Shown here: positions 1 to 8,544 of the stretch, piece after piece
How the letters are laid out: every line of letters starts with the position of its first letter
How positions within the stretch are numbered: position 1 is the stretch's first letter
NCBI GenBank assembly: GCA_023247445.1
Contig: JAHFGL010000002.1
Span: 553 to 64,552 of the forward strand
Reading direction: 5' to 3'
Length of the DNA: 64,000 bases
From: Candidatus Omnitrophota bacterium
GTDB lineage: Bacteria > Omnitrophota > Gorgyraeia > Zapsychrales > Zapsychraceae
Translations under genes and position numbers: made by a program
Notes under the pieces: model-generated
Database searches by the model: none
Seen by the model: the letters and a program-made list of their open reading frames with translations, nothing else
Told to the model about the DNA's origin: nothing

Positions 1-1
1 G

Positions 2-577
2 ATCCTCGCCTTTATTGGCCTACATTATTCTTCCAGTTTGAATGTAGAGGAATTGGGGCCCTATTTTCAATTAGCGATAGGAATTGTCATCATTGGATTA
101 GCCTGTTGGATGCTTTTTCGGACTCGGCAGGCGCAGAAAGAAATTCATCATCAACATGATCATGTTCATGATCATGAATTGGAAGGCGTCGAGTTCGGAG
201 ATGCCCATGCGCGCGCGCACGCTGCAGAAATGCAGAAGCAATTGATTAATCAACAGATCACAACCTGGCAGATTATTTTGTTTGGCTTAACCGGCGGGTT
301 ACTGCCATGTCCTTCGGCCTTTGCGGTTTTATTGGTTTGTTTACAGCTGAAGAAAGTTTCCTTGGGTTTTGCATTGGTACTCGGTTTTAGTATTGGTTTA
401 GCCATTACATTGGTCACCATTGGAACGATTGCCGCCATTTCTGTGAAGCACGCAAGTAAAAGATTTAAGGAATTTGGAGAATTTGCCCGTAAAGTTCCTT
501 ACGCGAGTTCGATTGTGTTAATATTGATTGGTTTATTGGTTGTTATGCAAGGCTTGCGACATCTGATAGGGAAGTAG
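2..577 (+). CDS. rcnA: Nickel/cobalt efflux transporter, RcnA/NicO family (5'-partial)
   Basis: His-rich loop HHQHDHVHDH, DAHARAHA, GLTGGLLPCPSA motif, several TM helices. The frame is open to the window edge. Confidence 0.85.
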   Translation: MLAFIGLHYSSSLNVEELGPYFQLAIGIVIIGLACWMLFRTRQAQKEIHHQHDHVHDHELEGVEFGDAHARAHAAEMQKQLINQQITTWQIILFGLTGGLLPCPSAFAVLLVCLQLKKVSLGFALVLGFSIGLAITLVTIGTIAAISVKHASKRFKEFGEFARKVPYASSIVLILIGLLVVMQGLRHLIGK

Positions 578-770
578 GATAGTTGGTTTAAAAGTGATCT
601 TTGCCGATTTGGTTACTGGCATAGCGATGGCCGTTAGTTGGGTTAATCTTGTCGGAAATTTTTTAAGATTACGAAGAATTAAATTATGACATTGCGATCG
701 AGAGAGTCTCTTAGAGTAATTTGAAAAAGTTTAATTTCAATTTTATGTATCCCACATCCCAAATTTAGTG

Positions 771-799
771 TTGACAATTGTCATGACAATTGATATATT
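771..799 (+). promoter_or_regulatory. Sigma70-type promoter overlapped by a perfect 18-bp palindrome (putative operator)
   Basis: TTGACA (771-776), 17-nt spacer, TATATT (794-799). CAATTGTCATGACAATTG at 775-792 is a perfect palindrome. Confidence 0.7.
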
Positions 800-830
800 T
801 AGCGCCGTTGTGTACAGAAGGGTTAGGTGA

Positions 831-1004
831 ATGTCTCAAGATCTTATTGAACAGCTAGAAGAATTTCGGCTCCAAAATAGTTTGACGTACGCGCAACTGG
901 CCCATCAGCTAGAGATCCCGGAAACGTATCTGTACCGTTGGAGAAAGAAAAAAGGCGTCAGCGGCATTTACGCCAGATTCATCAAAATGTTTTTGGAAAG
1001 ATAG
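831..1004 (+). CDS. Small XRE/Cro-like helix-turn-helix protein (57 aa, not in the ORF track)
   Basis: Manual translation MSQDLIEQLEEFRLQNSLTYAQLAHQLEIPETYLYRWRKKKGVSGIYARFIKMFLER. The LTYAQLA..LEI....LYRW pattern is HTH-like, and AGGTGA precedes the ATG. Confidence 0.7.
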   Translation: MSQDLIEQLEEFRLQNSLTYAQLAHQLEIPETYLYRWRKKKGVSGIYARFIKMFLER

Positions 1005-1357
1005 TAAATTTTAATATATGAAGGAAGTTACCATGAATCGCAAAGAGGTTATCTTAGAGAGAGTAAAAGAAGGACGCACCCACCGAAGCGTCCTTAAGAG
1101 CTCATGTTGTCTTCACAGCGACATCATTGAGATCTTACATCAACGACTCATGCGTTGGAAGGTCCCCATGGACATCGACGCATTGTATTCCCAAGTCGTT
1201 GATAAAAGATAATCTGCTTTAATCTTCTGTTTTAATCCCAGTTAAAAATAGTCAACGATAAGAAGCAGAACCAATGCCAGGAAGAATCTTTGCTTTTGGG
1301 CAGGATTTTTTAATTTTAAATGTCTTGGCTTGTTATGTAAGGAAAGGAGGTGACGTT

Positions 1358-1417
1358 ATGACAGAAATTATGAACATTGTTAGTCTGGTTTCTCTGTTTG
1401 GATTTTTTACAGTGTAG
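1358..1417 (+). CDS. Putative 19-aa hydrophobic peptide
   Basis: Strong SD AAAGGAGGTGA (1343-1353) followed by MTEIMNIVSLVSLFGFFTV-stop. Confidence 0.4.
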   Translation: MTEIMNIVSLVSLFGFFTV

Positions 1418-1568
1418 GAAAGGATAAACCTTTCCTAACTGCTTAAAATTCCTTTCCTACACAGCAAAGAAGATATGATGACCGAAGGGAGGAATTTTCT
1501 TGGAAATAAGAGAGCGCTGGAGAATTCCAGGAAGAAAGAAAAAAGTAGGTAAATAAAAAGAAAGTGAG

Positions 1569-1829
1569 GTGATTAAAATGAAAAGTTCCTTAGTGCCGCA
1601 AGAGAATCAAGTACAGAAAGACGGAGCCAACCAAATGGTTAAGGCCACTTCTTTACTGTATTTGAAAGAGGCCTTAATTAATGAGGCTTACGAAGAATGT
1701 GCGCAGCTGATTGCCGTCGCCAAAGATAATGGCGCCGATCAGAAAGAAATTTCTGAGGCAATTGACGCACACATTAAGACGGTTAAGGGACGCTATGGAA
1801 AACAAACTTATGGGTTTCGTAAGCCCTAA
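1569..1829 (+). CDS. Small hypothetical protein with a UVR-like helical hairpin
   Basis: ORF track. LKEALINEAYEECAQLI resembles the UvrB/UvrC motif. Followed by a terminator. Confidence 0.55.
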   Translation: MIKMKSSLVPQENQVQKDGANQMVKATSLLYLKEALINEAYEECAQLIAVAKDNGADQKEISEAIDAHIKTVKGRYGKQTYGFRKP

Positions 1830-1865
1830 AGGAGATTAACCTTATGTGTCTTTTAGCTTCACCGT

Positions 1866-1902
1866 AAAGAGGACAGGGATCCTTCAACCCTGTCCTCTTT
1901 TT
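1866..1902 (+). terminator. Intrinsic terminator
   Basis: AAAGAGGACAGGG / CCCTGTCCTCTTT stem plus T-run. Confidence 0.8.
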
Positions 1903-2133
1903 GTTTCATTTATAGCAAAGGCAAGATTAAAGGAAGATTAATTTTAAGTTAGAAGTTTTAAGAGAGCTTCTTCGCAGGAATGGAAACCTACACTGGACGA
2001 AATGGGAAAAGATTGTTAGAATTCTGAAATTCTAAATTAATTAATACAAATAATATGGCCAAGGCCGCCAACTTATTATTTTTGGAAGTTGGCGAGCCTC
2101 GCCACACAAAATAATAAAAGGCGGGAGAAACAT

Positions 2134-2724
2134 ATGGTTAGAAAAATGATGTTTGGTGTATTATGTTTTCTGTTTGTTGTGGCAGCCCCAGTATTTGTTG
2201 GATCAGAAGAAGAGCAAGTTAACGAAAATCAACCGCAGGTAAAATCGGAGGAAAGTATGATCGTTGTTCTTGAAACTACGCAAGGCAATATCGAGATTAA
2301 ATTGTTTAATGACGTTGCTCCTAAAACGGTTGAAAATTTTACCGGACTTGTTAAAAAGGGTTATTACAACGGACTTATTTTTCATCGTGTTATCAAGGGC
2401 TTTATGATTCAAGGTGGCGACCCAACGGGAACCGGACGTGGTGGACAGAGCATCTGGGGAAAACCATTTGAAGATGAATTTAGTGCCAAAGTTAAATTTG
2501 ATCGTCCTGGAATTTTGGCGATGGCTAATTCTGGCCCAAACACCAATGGCAGCCAATTTTTTATTACAACAGTTCCAACATCGTGGTTGAATATGAAACA
2601 TACCATTTTCGGTGAAGTAGTTAGTGGTTATGATTTTGTGACCGCTCTTGAAAAGACAAACGTTGGCCCCGGCGACCGTCCTATTACTGATCAAAAAATT
2701 ATTAAAGCGTACATGAAAGAATAA
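2134..2724 (+). CDS. Cyclophilin-type peptidyl-prolyl cis-trans isomerase with N-terminal signal sequence
   Basis: FHRVIKGFMIQGGDPTGTGRGG and MANSGPNTNGSQFFIT motifs. ATG at 2134 follows GGGAG. Confidence 0.95.
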   Translation: MVRKMMFGVLCFLFVVAAPVFVGSEEEQVNENQPQVKSEESMIVVLETTQGNIEIKLFNDVAPKTVENFTGLVKKGYYNGLIFHRVIKGFMIQGGDPTGTGRGGQSIWGKPFEDEFSAKVKFDRPGILAMANSGPNTNGSQFFITTVPTSWLNMKHTIFGEVVSGYDFVTALEKTNVGPGDRPITDQKIIKAYMKE

Positions 2725-3441
2725 ATGATTAACTTGATTGACGGTGGTATACAACATTCCAATCTCTTCTTACATATGCCTTTGTTTGATGAGGTTTGTT
2801 ATCAAGGCTTCTTAGAGGGGAAGGTCCGAAAGTATAAAGCCATCCGTGAAGATCAGCCTTGTCAGATTCTCGCCTTAAATGTAATTAGAAAAGATGAAGA
2901 TGTTATTTGGGATGGGTTAGAGGATTTGATCAAGCGCGCGGTCACGCAAGCAATCTCGCTTGTTCATGGCGTTTATGTTTTTGATGTGCTGACAATAGAC
3001 ATTCATAAAGAAATAAAAACCTTTAACATCAATGAACTATCAGAAGTGATTGTTAATCATTCGCGGAAGCTAACCCCAGGATCCACACGATTGGTTAAAT
3101 ATTCAACCCTTTATGGGTTGTTACAGAAGCTTGTACACGAAGACTGGGGGAAAATCGCCTTTAAAACTTCAGTCGAGGTTTTTAAGGATAAGCCGAGTTA
3201 TTTGGACCTATTAATTAAGCAACTTACGAAGAATTTTGAATTTGCGCATGATCCGGGAATTCTTCTTTTAAATGATCTTAGTCAAGAACCGATTTTTGAT
3301 CCCAACGATGCACTTCAGCAGGAACGTTTAAAGAAGATAATTGCGGCCCAAATACCAAATACGATCGAATTTCCACCAGAAGTTTATGTTCAGGATAGGA
3401 AGGGTGTGCGGGAACTGCTTTCAGGATCAGTGATTGCGTAA
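2725..3441 (+). CDS. Hypothetical protein
   Basis: 238-aa ORF abutting the cyclophilin stop codon. No recognisable motif. Confidence 0.7.
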   Translation: MINLIDGGIQHSNLFLHMPLFDEVCYQGFLEGKVRKYKAIREDQPCQILALNVIRKDEDVIWDGLEDLIKRAVTQAISLVHGVYVFDVLTIDIHKEIKTFNINELSEVIVNHSRKLTPGSTRLVKYSTLYGLLQKLVHEDWGKIAFKTSVEVFKDKPSYLDLLIKQLTKNFEFAHDPGILLLNDLSQEPIFDPNDALQQERLKKIIAAQIPNTIEFPPEVYVQDRKGVRELLSGSVIA

Positions 3442-3531
3442 AGAGGTTGAAATAAAAACAAAAAATATAGTTGACAGGAGAGATAAAATAGGGCATAGTT
3501 ATCACGAAGTAAATGAGGGAAAGAAAGCTTT

Positions 3532-3572
3532 AAGCCGCAACGGTAGCGAGTATATTTGCCTTGCGGTTTTTT
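3532..3572 (+). promoter_or_regulatory. Terminator-like hairpin in the cold-shock gene 5' leader
   Basis: AAGCCGCAA...TTGCGGTTTTTTT lies between a TTGACA(3471)-17 nt-CATAGT promoter and the csp start. Confidence 0.5.
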
Positions 3573-3626
3573 TATTTCCCTTAAAAAATGTTTGCTTTAA
3601 TGTTAGGAAAAGGAGGAGTCAAGAAC

Positions 3627-3827
3627 ATGGTTAGAGGAAAAGTAAAGTGGTTCAATAATCAAAAAGGTTATGGTTTTATTACACCTGAATCTGGCAACGA
3701 TGTATTCGTTCATCACAGCGCAATTCAAGGGAATGGTTACAAATCTTTAGATGAAGGACAGGCTGTTGAGTTTGAAATTACAAACGGCCCTAAAGGTGAA
3801 CAAGCCCAAAATGTAGTAAAAATATAA
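3627..3827 (+). CDS. cspA: Cold-shock protein
   Basis: GKVKWFN, KGYGFI (RNP1) and DVFVHHS (RNP2). SD AGGAGG precedes ATG 3627. Confidence 0.95.
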   Translation: MVRGKVKWFNNQKGYGFITPESGNDVFVHHSAIQGNGYKSLDEGQAVEFEITNGPKGEQAQNVVKI

Positions 3828-3844
3828 TCACCAATTAGCGAAGA

Positions 3845-3873
3845 AGGCCCGAGAGTAATCTCGGGCCTTTTTT
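3845..3873 (+). terminator. Intrinsic terminator
   Basis: AAGGCCCGAGA-GTAA-TCTCGGGCCTTTTTT. Confidence 0.85.
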
Positions 3874-3887
3874 GTAAAATAATTTTT

Positions 3888-3940
3888 GGACACGATACCC
3901 AATTCCTTAATTCCTAGTTTTGGAATCATGTATTGTGTCC
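3888..3940. repeat. GGACACG-type palindromic (REP-like) element
   Basis: GGACACGATAC...GTATTGTGTCC, related to the copies at 37375 and 46488. Confidence 0.5.
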
Positions 3941-3951
3941 CGATTTCCTTT

Positions 3952-4368
3952 TTAAATGATCAATTCAACACTCTTGAGCTCATTCTTGGCAGGCGCGTAT
4001 AACCGTTTGTCAGACGTGATAAAAACATCCGGTTTGGCCACACACGCGGCAGCCAATTGAATGGCGTCTAAACTTCTTAAGTTGTATCTCTCAATCAATT
4101 CCAACCCTTTTTCCTCAACAGCATCCGCCCAGATGACTTTCTCAAAAAAATTGAAATCCTTGGTTATTTCAGCCCTAAGAAAATTTAATTGCTCCCGGGT
4201 TAAAGTTCTCTCGTAAAGACGTCGATACAAGACAGAATTGATCTCCAGCCAGCAGATGGGGGAGACAATAATATTGGATGTTTGTTCGAGCAAGCGGAGG
4301 AATTTGTCTCTGCCTTCTTCCAATATATATTTTTTAGTCAGGGTTGAGGTGTCAACAAAGGATCGCAT
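3952..4368 (-). CDS. vapC: VapC-family PIN-domain toxin
   Basis: FVDTS...E...LRSLDAIQLAAA...FITSDKRL PIN acidic residues. Coupled to the upstream antitoxin. Confidence 0.9.
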   Translation of the reverse strand: MRSFVDTSTLTKKYILEEGRDKFLRLLEQTSNIIVSPICWLEINSVLYRRLYERTLTREQLNFLRAEITKDFNFFEKVIWADAVEEKGLELIERYNLRSLDAIQLAAACVAKPDVFITSDKRLYAPAKNELKSVELII

Positions 4369-4601
4369 CAGGCCCTGTTTTCCTCGCGCATGCGAACAAT
4401 CGTTTTCGATAACGCTTCGCCTTTAATCTTAATGGGTTCAATATTTCTTTTCCAGCCAGGCTGAGCGATATTTTCATTGTGAGGGATGAGATCAGCGATG
4501 GGTTTGTTGCGTTCCATGATCACGATGCGCTCGCCCACTTTTACTTTTTTTAGGTAGGACGAAAAGTTATGGGTCAATTCACGTATATTGATAGATACCA
4601 T
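4368..4601 (-). CDS. Phd/YefM-family antitoxin
   Basis: INIRELTHNFSSYLKKVKVGERIVIMERNKPIADLIP. A palindrome (ATAACATTATGTTAT, 4629-4643) lies in the promoter region. Confidence 0.9.
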   Translation of the reverse strand: MVSINIRELTHNFSSYLKKVKVGERIVIMERNKPIADLIPHNENIAQPGWKRNIEPIKIKGEALSKTIVRMREENRA

Positions 4602-4719
4602 AAGAGATGTCTCCTTTCTAGAAAAAGGATAACATTATGTTATGCATTTGTCAAACATATGTTAAATATATGTTAAAGCTTACAGCCGGCAGTTAACAGC
4701 CTGGTGGCTTAATGTGGAA

Positions 4720-4815
4720 TTAAATTGAGCTCTTCCCGACTTCTTCAATTGATTCCGGGATTAATTCGGAGATAATCAAATAAATCATTGCGCCATCCCC
4801 AAAAGCAATAAAATC
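4720..4815 (-). pseudogene. C-terminal fragment of a ZIP/ZupT(GufA)-family metal transporter
   Basis: Minus strand reads DFIAFGDGAMIYLIISELIPESIEEVGKSS, resembling the ZIP AF.AGAM.Y....EL.PE motif. No N-terminus is present. Confidence 0.55.
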
Positions 4816-4992
4816 GCTGGATTTAAGGAACCGTTTCCTTTGAAATGTTTAATAATCATAATTATCGTCGATAAATGGACAAATTAAGAGACATGTGTGT
4901 TTTAAAAAATAAATATTTTTTGATGTGGAGGCCTTGACGCAGGCAATTTACATGTTATGGTTTAAGCGCATGTATTTGCTCTTTAAAATTTA

Positions 4993-5167
4993 GGATTTCA
5001 CGAAAAGGTAAACCATTCTGCTACGTTCAAGCATTTTTATGTGTGAGCTTCGCAGAAATGCTCCTACGAAGCTCACAAACGAAAGTTTTGGAGCGAAGTA
5101 GAGCATTCGAAAGAATGGGGCACAAAGCTATAGGGCCCGAAAAGGCAGCCTAGCTACCGAAGAAATC
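4993..5167 (+). ncRNA. c-di-GMP-I (GEMM-I) riboswitch with a 90-nt insertion in P2
   Basis: GGTAAACCATTC[5019-5108]GAAAGAATGGGGCACAAAGC...AGCCTAGCTACCGAA, with P1 GATTTC/GAAATC. Removing the insert restores the canonical aptamer. Confidence 0.85.
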
Positions 5168-5194
5168 AGGTGAACAAAATTCGGATGAACACAC

Positions 5195-5225
5195 AAAGCC
5201 CATTCTTTAAAGAGTGGGTTTTTTT
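5195..5225 (+). terminator. Riboswitch expression-platform terminator
   Basis: AAAGCCCATTCTTT / AAAGAGTGGGTTT inverted repeat plus T-run, upstream of ATG 5276. Confidence 0.8.
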
Positions 5226-5275
5226 ATTTGAGCTTACCCCCCGTCAAAAAGGCGAGGGATAACTAAAAGGAAAGA

Positions 5276-5491
5276 ATGAACATTACAAATTTTTTACTTA
5301 ACAGATTCATTCAACGTTTGTTAATCGCAATTTTAATGACATGCTTTTTGGCTCCGGCCGCCCAAGCCCAGGCTACTGCTAATAATGATATTGATAAAGA
5401 CGGGGTCGTTAATATGGTAGATAATTGCCCCCTGGTCCATAACACATATCATAGAGAACACCAATTCAACCGCCTATGGCGATGCCTGTGA
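5276..5491 (+). pseudogene. N-terminal part (signal peptide plus thrombospondin type-3 repeat) of the frameshifted 5276-8489 gene
   Basis: Signal peptide ending AQA, then DIDKDGVVNMVDNCPLVHN. The GDAC end of the repeat lies in the downstream frame. Confidence 0.75.
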
Positions 5492-5630
5492 GCCGCTTAA
5501 ACTGGTTGATATTCCTATAGGTGGTTTAGAAAATATCACATCGTTTCAAATATCTCCAGATTCCAGTAAAGTTGTCTATCGAAAAGGACGCGATACCGCA
5601 CAAAATTTATTTGTATCTAGTCTTGATCAA

Positions 5631-8489
5631 TTGAATCCTATCCAGGTGAATCCTTCTGTAGTCGTTAACGTTGATTCTTTTAAAATCTCGGAGAATTCGC
5701 AAAAGCTTATTTTTATTGATAGTAATCTTGGGTTACAGAGTGCCAATATGGATGGCCAATATATTGGTAGTATTAATGATACCGATAAAAGAACTAGTGA
5801 AGCCAAATTTACGCTGGCACAGGATCAAGCTATCTTTAAGTCGCTGAATAATCTTTTTGCCGTTAAATTAGAAGGAGGCGAGAATAAAAGATTGATCAAT
5901 AACCATTCTGGGTATGTTGCAGATTTTAAAATAGTTCCTTCTGATGTGCCTCAAACACCTTTTATGTATTTCTGTCTTAATAATCAAATTTTTAGAGAAC
6001 CATTACGGGAACCGTTTCAAATATTAAATGAGTTACAACTTACACCAAACAGCGAAACAGTCGCGTGCCAATTAGATAATTCTATAAAAGATGGAAACAT
6101 TTATTACATGTCCTTGGACCCTGTCGATGGTAGAGGTAATAATTTATATATGTTTTATGGTCCAGGAAGCAGTTTAATTAATGGCTCAGGAAGAGTTGAA
6201 AAGTTTGCGCTGACTCCTGATCTTTCAAGACTTGTTATGTTGGAAGGAAATTTGGCTGATCCAACTAAATTTGATATTTTAGTTCGCCATGTATCAGGTT
6301 CACCTCAATTTAGGCTCAATGCCGCCGCAACTAATATTGTAGAGAAATTTGATGCGTGGGTTGTTACGCCCGATTCAAAGAGAATAATTTATCAAGACAA
6401 TAATGCCTTATATGTAAGAAATCTCGATGATACAGCCGGAACAACTAAGGTCTTCTTATTAGGGAATCTGGCTAGTGTCGCGCAATACGCAAAGATTGTT
6501 GTAACCGCCGATTCATCCAAGATTATTTACGTTAAAGGGACGACGGCAGGGTATAGTCTTTATGCCAAAGGGTTAGATGGTTCGGCAGAACAAAAAATTA
6601 GTGGAGATATTAATATAGAAGGCAGTATTCTAAATTTTCAGGTTTCTTCGGATTCCAAAAGAGCTGTTTATCGAACAAGTAGAAATGTTCTTTATGCGGC
6701 CGAGATAGATGGAAGTTTTCAAACTAAAATCAACGCAGTTGAACATCCTGATATGAGAATTGCATCTGATTTTAGCATTTCTCCTGATTCTAAAAGGGTT
6801 GCTTATACGTCGTATCTTTTAGCGGTCGGCGGTTTTGGAGAAAATCAAACTTATAAAAAATCCATGCATACGGTGACTATTAATTCAGCTACAGTCACAC
6901 AACCTAATGCAGCCCCAGTTTGGCGTACAGTGCAGAATCAAACCAGTATATTTGGGCAGGGCAGTGTAATTTCTATACCGGTGAGTGATGAGGATTCAAG
7001 ATTATCTATAAATATCACCGCTCGTCACCGTACACGAACTGATTTACCGGCTTTGGATAGGATATATTATACGACTGCGAAGGAGTTTCCTTGGCCTGCA
7101 ACAGCCGAAGTTGGAGTATGGGATGTGACGGCAACGGCTGCAGATGCTGGCGGGTTATCCGCAACATCGAATCCTTTTACAGTTACGGTCATACAGCCCA
7201 ACCGCCCACCGGAATTTACAGATTCTACTCCTATTTCTCGAACGGTAGAGGCTGGGAAACCGATGGCTACCATTATCTTGCCGGTTAGTGATCCAGATGG
7301 AGACATTTTAGAATTTTTGGAATATTCTCCAGTAGGAACGCTCCCATCTAATAATTGCTTATTTCCAATATTTAGTAAATCAGCAACGACGCCGGTTCAA
7401 TACAAAGTTGATTGGACACCATCAACTTTGGCTTGTAATCCTGGGAACTACACCTTTAAGGTTCTCATGAGAGACCCAAGTGGGTTACCTGTGACCTCTC
7501 CAGATATTACAATCACGGTCACACAACCTAATCGTGCACCGGAATTTACAGATTCTACTCCTATTTCTCGAACGGTAGAGGCTGGGAAACCGATGGCTAC
7601 CATTATCTTGCCGGTTAGTGATCCAGATGGGGACATCTTAGAATTTGTGGAATATTCTCCAGTAGGAACGGTCCCGTCTAATAATTGCTTATTCCCAGTA
7701 TCTAGCAAATCAGCAACGACGCCGGTTCAATACAAAGTTGATTGGACACCATCAACTTTGGCTTGTAATCCTGGAAACTACGCCTTTAAGGTTCTTATGA
7801 GAGATCCTGGTGGGTTAAGTGTGGCTTCTCCAACCATTACAGTAACTGTAACTAATCCTCCTAAAACACCCGAGGTGACTATTAATGGAACGCTCGTTAA
7901 TGGAACTAAGTTTACAGCCAGCACAGTGACTGTGAGGGGTAGTTTTATTACCTCTACTAAAGTTGCGACTGGTTTTCAAGGGTTTTCCGACAAAATAACA
8001 GAAGGTAGCCCTGATGGTGCGATTATTAAAAATTGGACAAGCCTTCCAGGAAACGCGTCCCAATTCGTAAATATAGCTATTACTGCATCAGGATTTACTT
8101 CTAATCTTGTTTCGGGTAGTAAAACTTATTATCTTTCCGTCAAAGCGCAGGATCGTATGGGGATTTATAGCAGTGTTGGCTCCGCAGCGTTTAAGGTTGA
8201 CGCCGTTAAGCCAAATGCTCCCCTGATTAATACGTTAAGACCTAGTAGTGTTTCTTCAATAACTGCCCAATGGACAATTCCCACGGATATGCCATCAAAT
8301 GGCTCGGGCATTGCCGGGTATGAGTATGAATTGTATAAAGGGTCAACCAGGGCCATACCTCTTACCTCGATAGGTGTTAATCAAAAAATCTTTACAGGGT
8401 TAAGTCGAGGAGCCTACACCTTGAGAGTACGAGCAATCGATAAGGTAGGTAATGGAAGCGATTTTGTAAGTAGAAGTATAACATTGTAA
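5631..8489 (+). CDS. Large secreted protein: TolB/PD40-like beta-propeller, Ig/cadherin-like repeats, C-terminal FN3 (true start probably 5276)
   Basis: Repeated F.I(S/T)PDS.R..Y blades, NRPPEF...SDPDGD Ig-like units, and SGIAGYEY...LRVRAIDKVGN FN3. Confidence 0.8.
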   Translation: MNPIQVNPSVVVNVDSFKISENSQKLIFIDSNLGLQSANMDGQYIGSINDTDKRTSEAKFTLAQDQAIFKSLNNLFAVKLEGGENKRLINNHSGYVADFKIVPSDVPQTPFMYFCLNNQIFREPLREPFQILNELQLTPNSETVACQLDNSIKDGNIYYMSLDPVDGRGNNLYMFYGPGSSLINGSGRVEKFALTPDLSRLVMLEGNLADPTKFDILVRHVSGSPQFRLNAAATNIVEKFDAWVVTPDSKRIIYQDNNALYVRNLDDTAGTTKVFLLGNLASVAQYAKIVVTADSSKIIYVKGTTAGYSLYAKGLDGSAEQKISGDINIEGSILNFQVSSDSKRAVYRTSRNVLYAAEIDGSFQTKINAVEHPDMRIASDFSISPDSKRVAYTSYLLAVGGFGENQTYKKSMHTVTINSATVTQPNAAPVWRTVQNQTSIFGQGSVISIPVSDEDSRLSINITARHRTRTDLPALDRIYYTTAKEFPWPATAEVGVWDVTATAADAGGLSATSNPFTVTVIQPNRPPEFTDSTPISRTVEAGKPMATIILPVSDPDGDILEFLEYSPVGTLPSNNCLFPIFSKSATTPVQYKVDWTPSTLACNPGNYTFKVLMRDPSGLPVTSPDITITVTQPNRAPEFTDSTPISRTVEAGKPMATIILPVSDPDGDILEFVEYSPVGTVPSNNCLFPVSSKSATTPVQYKVDWTPSTLACNPGNYAFKVLMRDPGGLSVASPTITVTVTNPPKTPEVTINGTLVNGTKFTASTVTVRGSFITSTKVATGFQGFSDKITEGSPDGAIIKNWTSLPGNASQFVNIAITASGFTSNLVSGSKTYYLSVKAQDRMGIYSSVGSAAFKVDAVKPNAPLINTLRPSSVSSITAQWTIPTDMPSNGSGIAGYEYELYKGSTRAIPLTSIGVNQKIFTGLSRGAYTLRVRAIDKVGNGSDFVSRSITL
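7194..7853 (+). repeat. Intragenic tandem duplication, 2 x 330 bp (110-aa Ig-like domain)
   Basis: 7194-7523 and 7524-7853 are near-identical at the DNA level. Confidence 0.95.
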
Positions 8490-8544
8490 AAAGTGATTGC
8501 TCGATGTCTACAAAGATTCAAAATAGGAGATCCGGGATTTTTTC

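Noticed and set aside
1018-1212. 64-aa ORF after the HTH gene
   Set aside because: It may be real, but there is no motif or other support, so it is not called.
2203-2757. 184-aa antisense ORF and the many other short shadow ORFs inside long genes
   Set aside because: They fully overlap well-supported genes on the other strand or frame and have no motifs.
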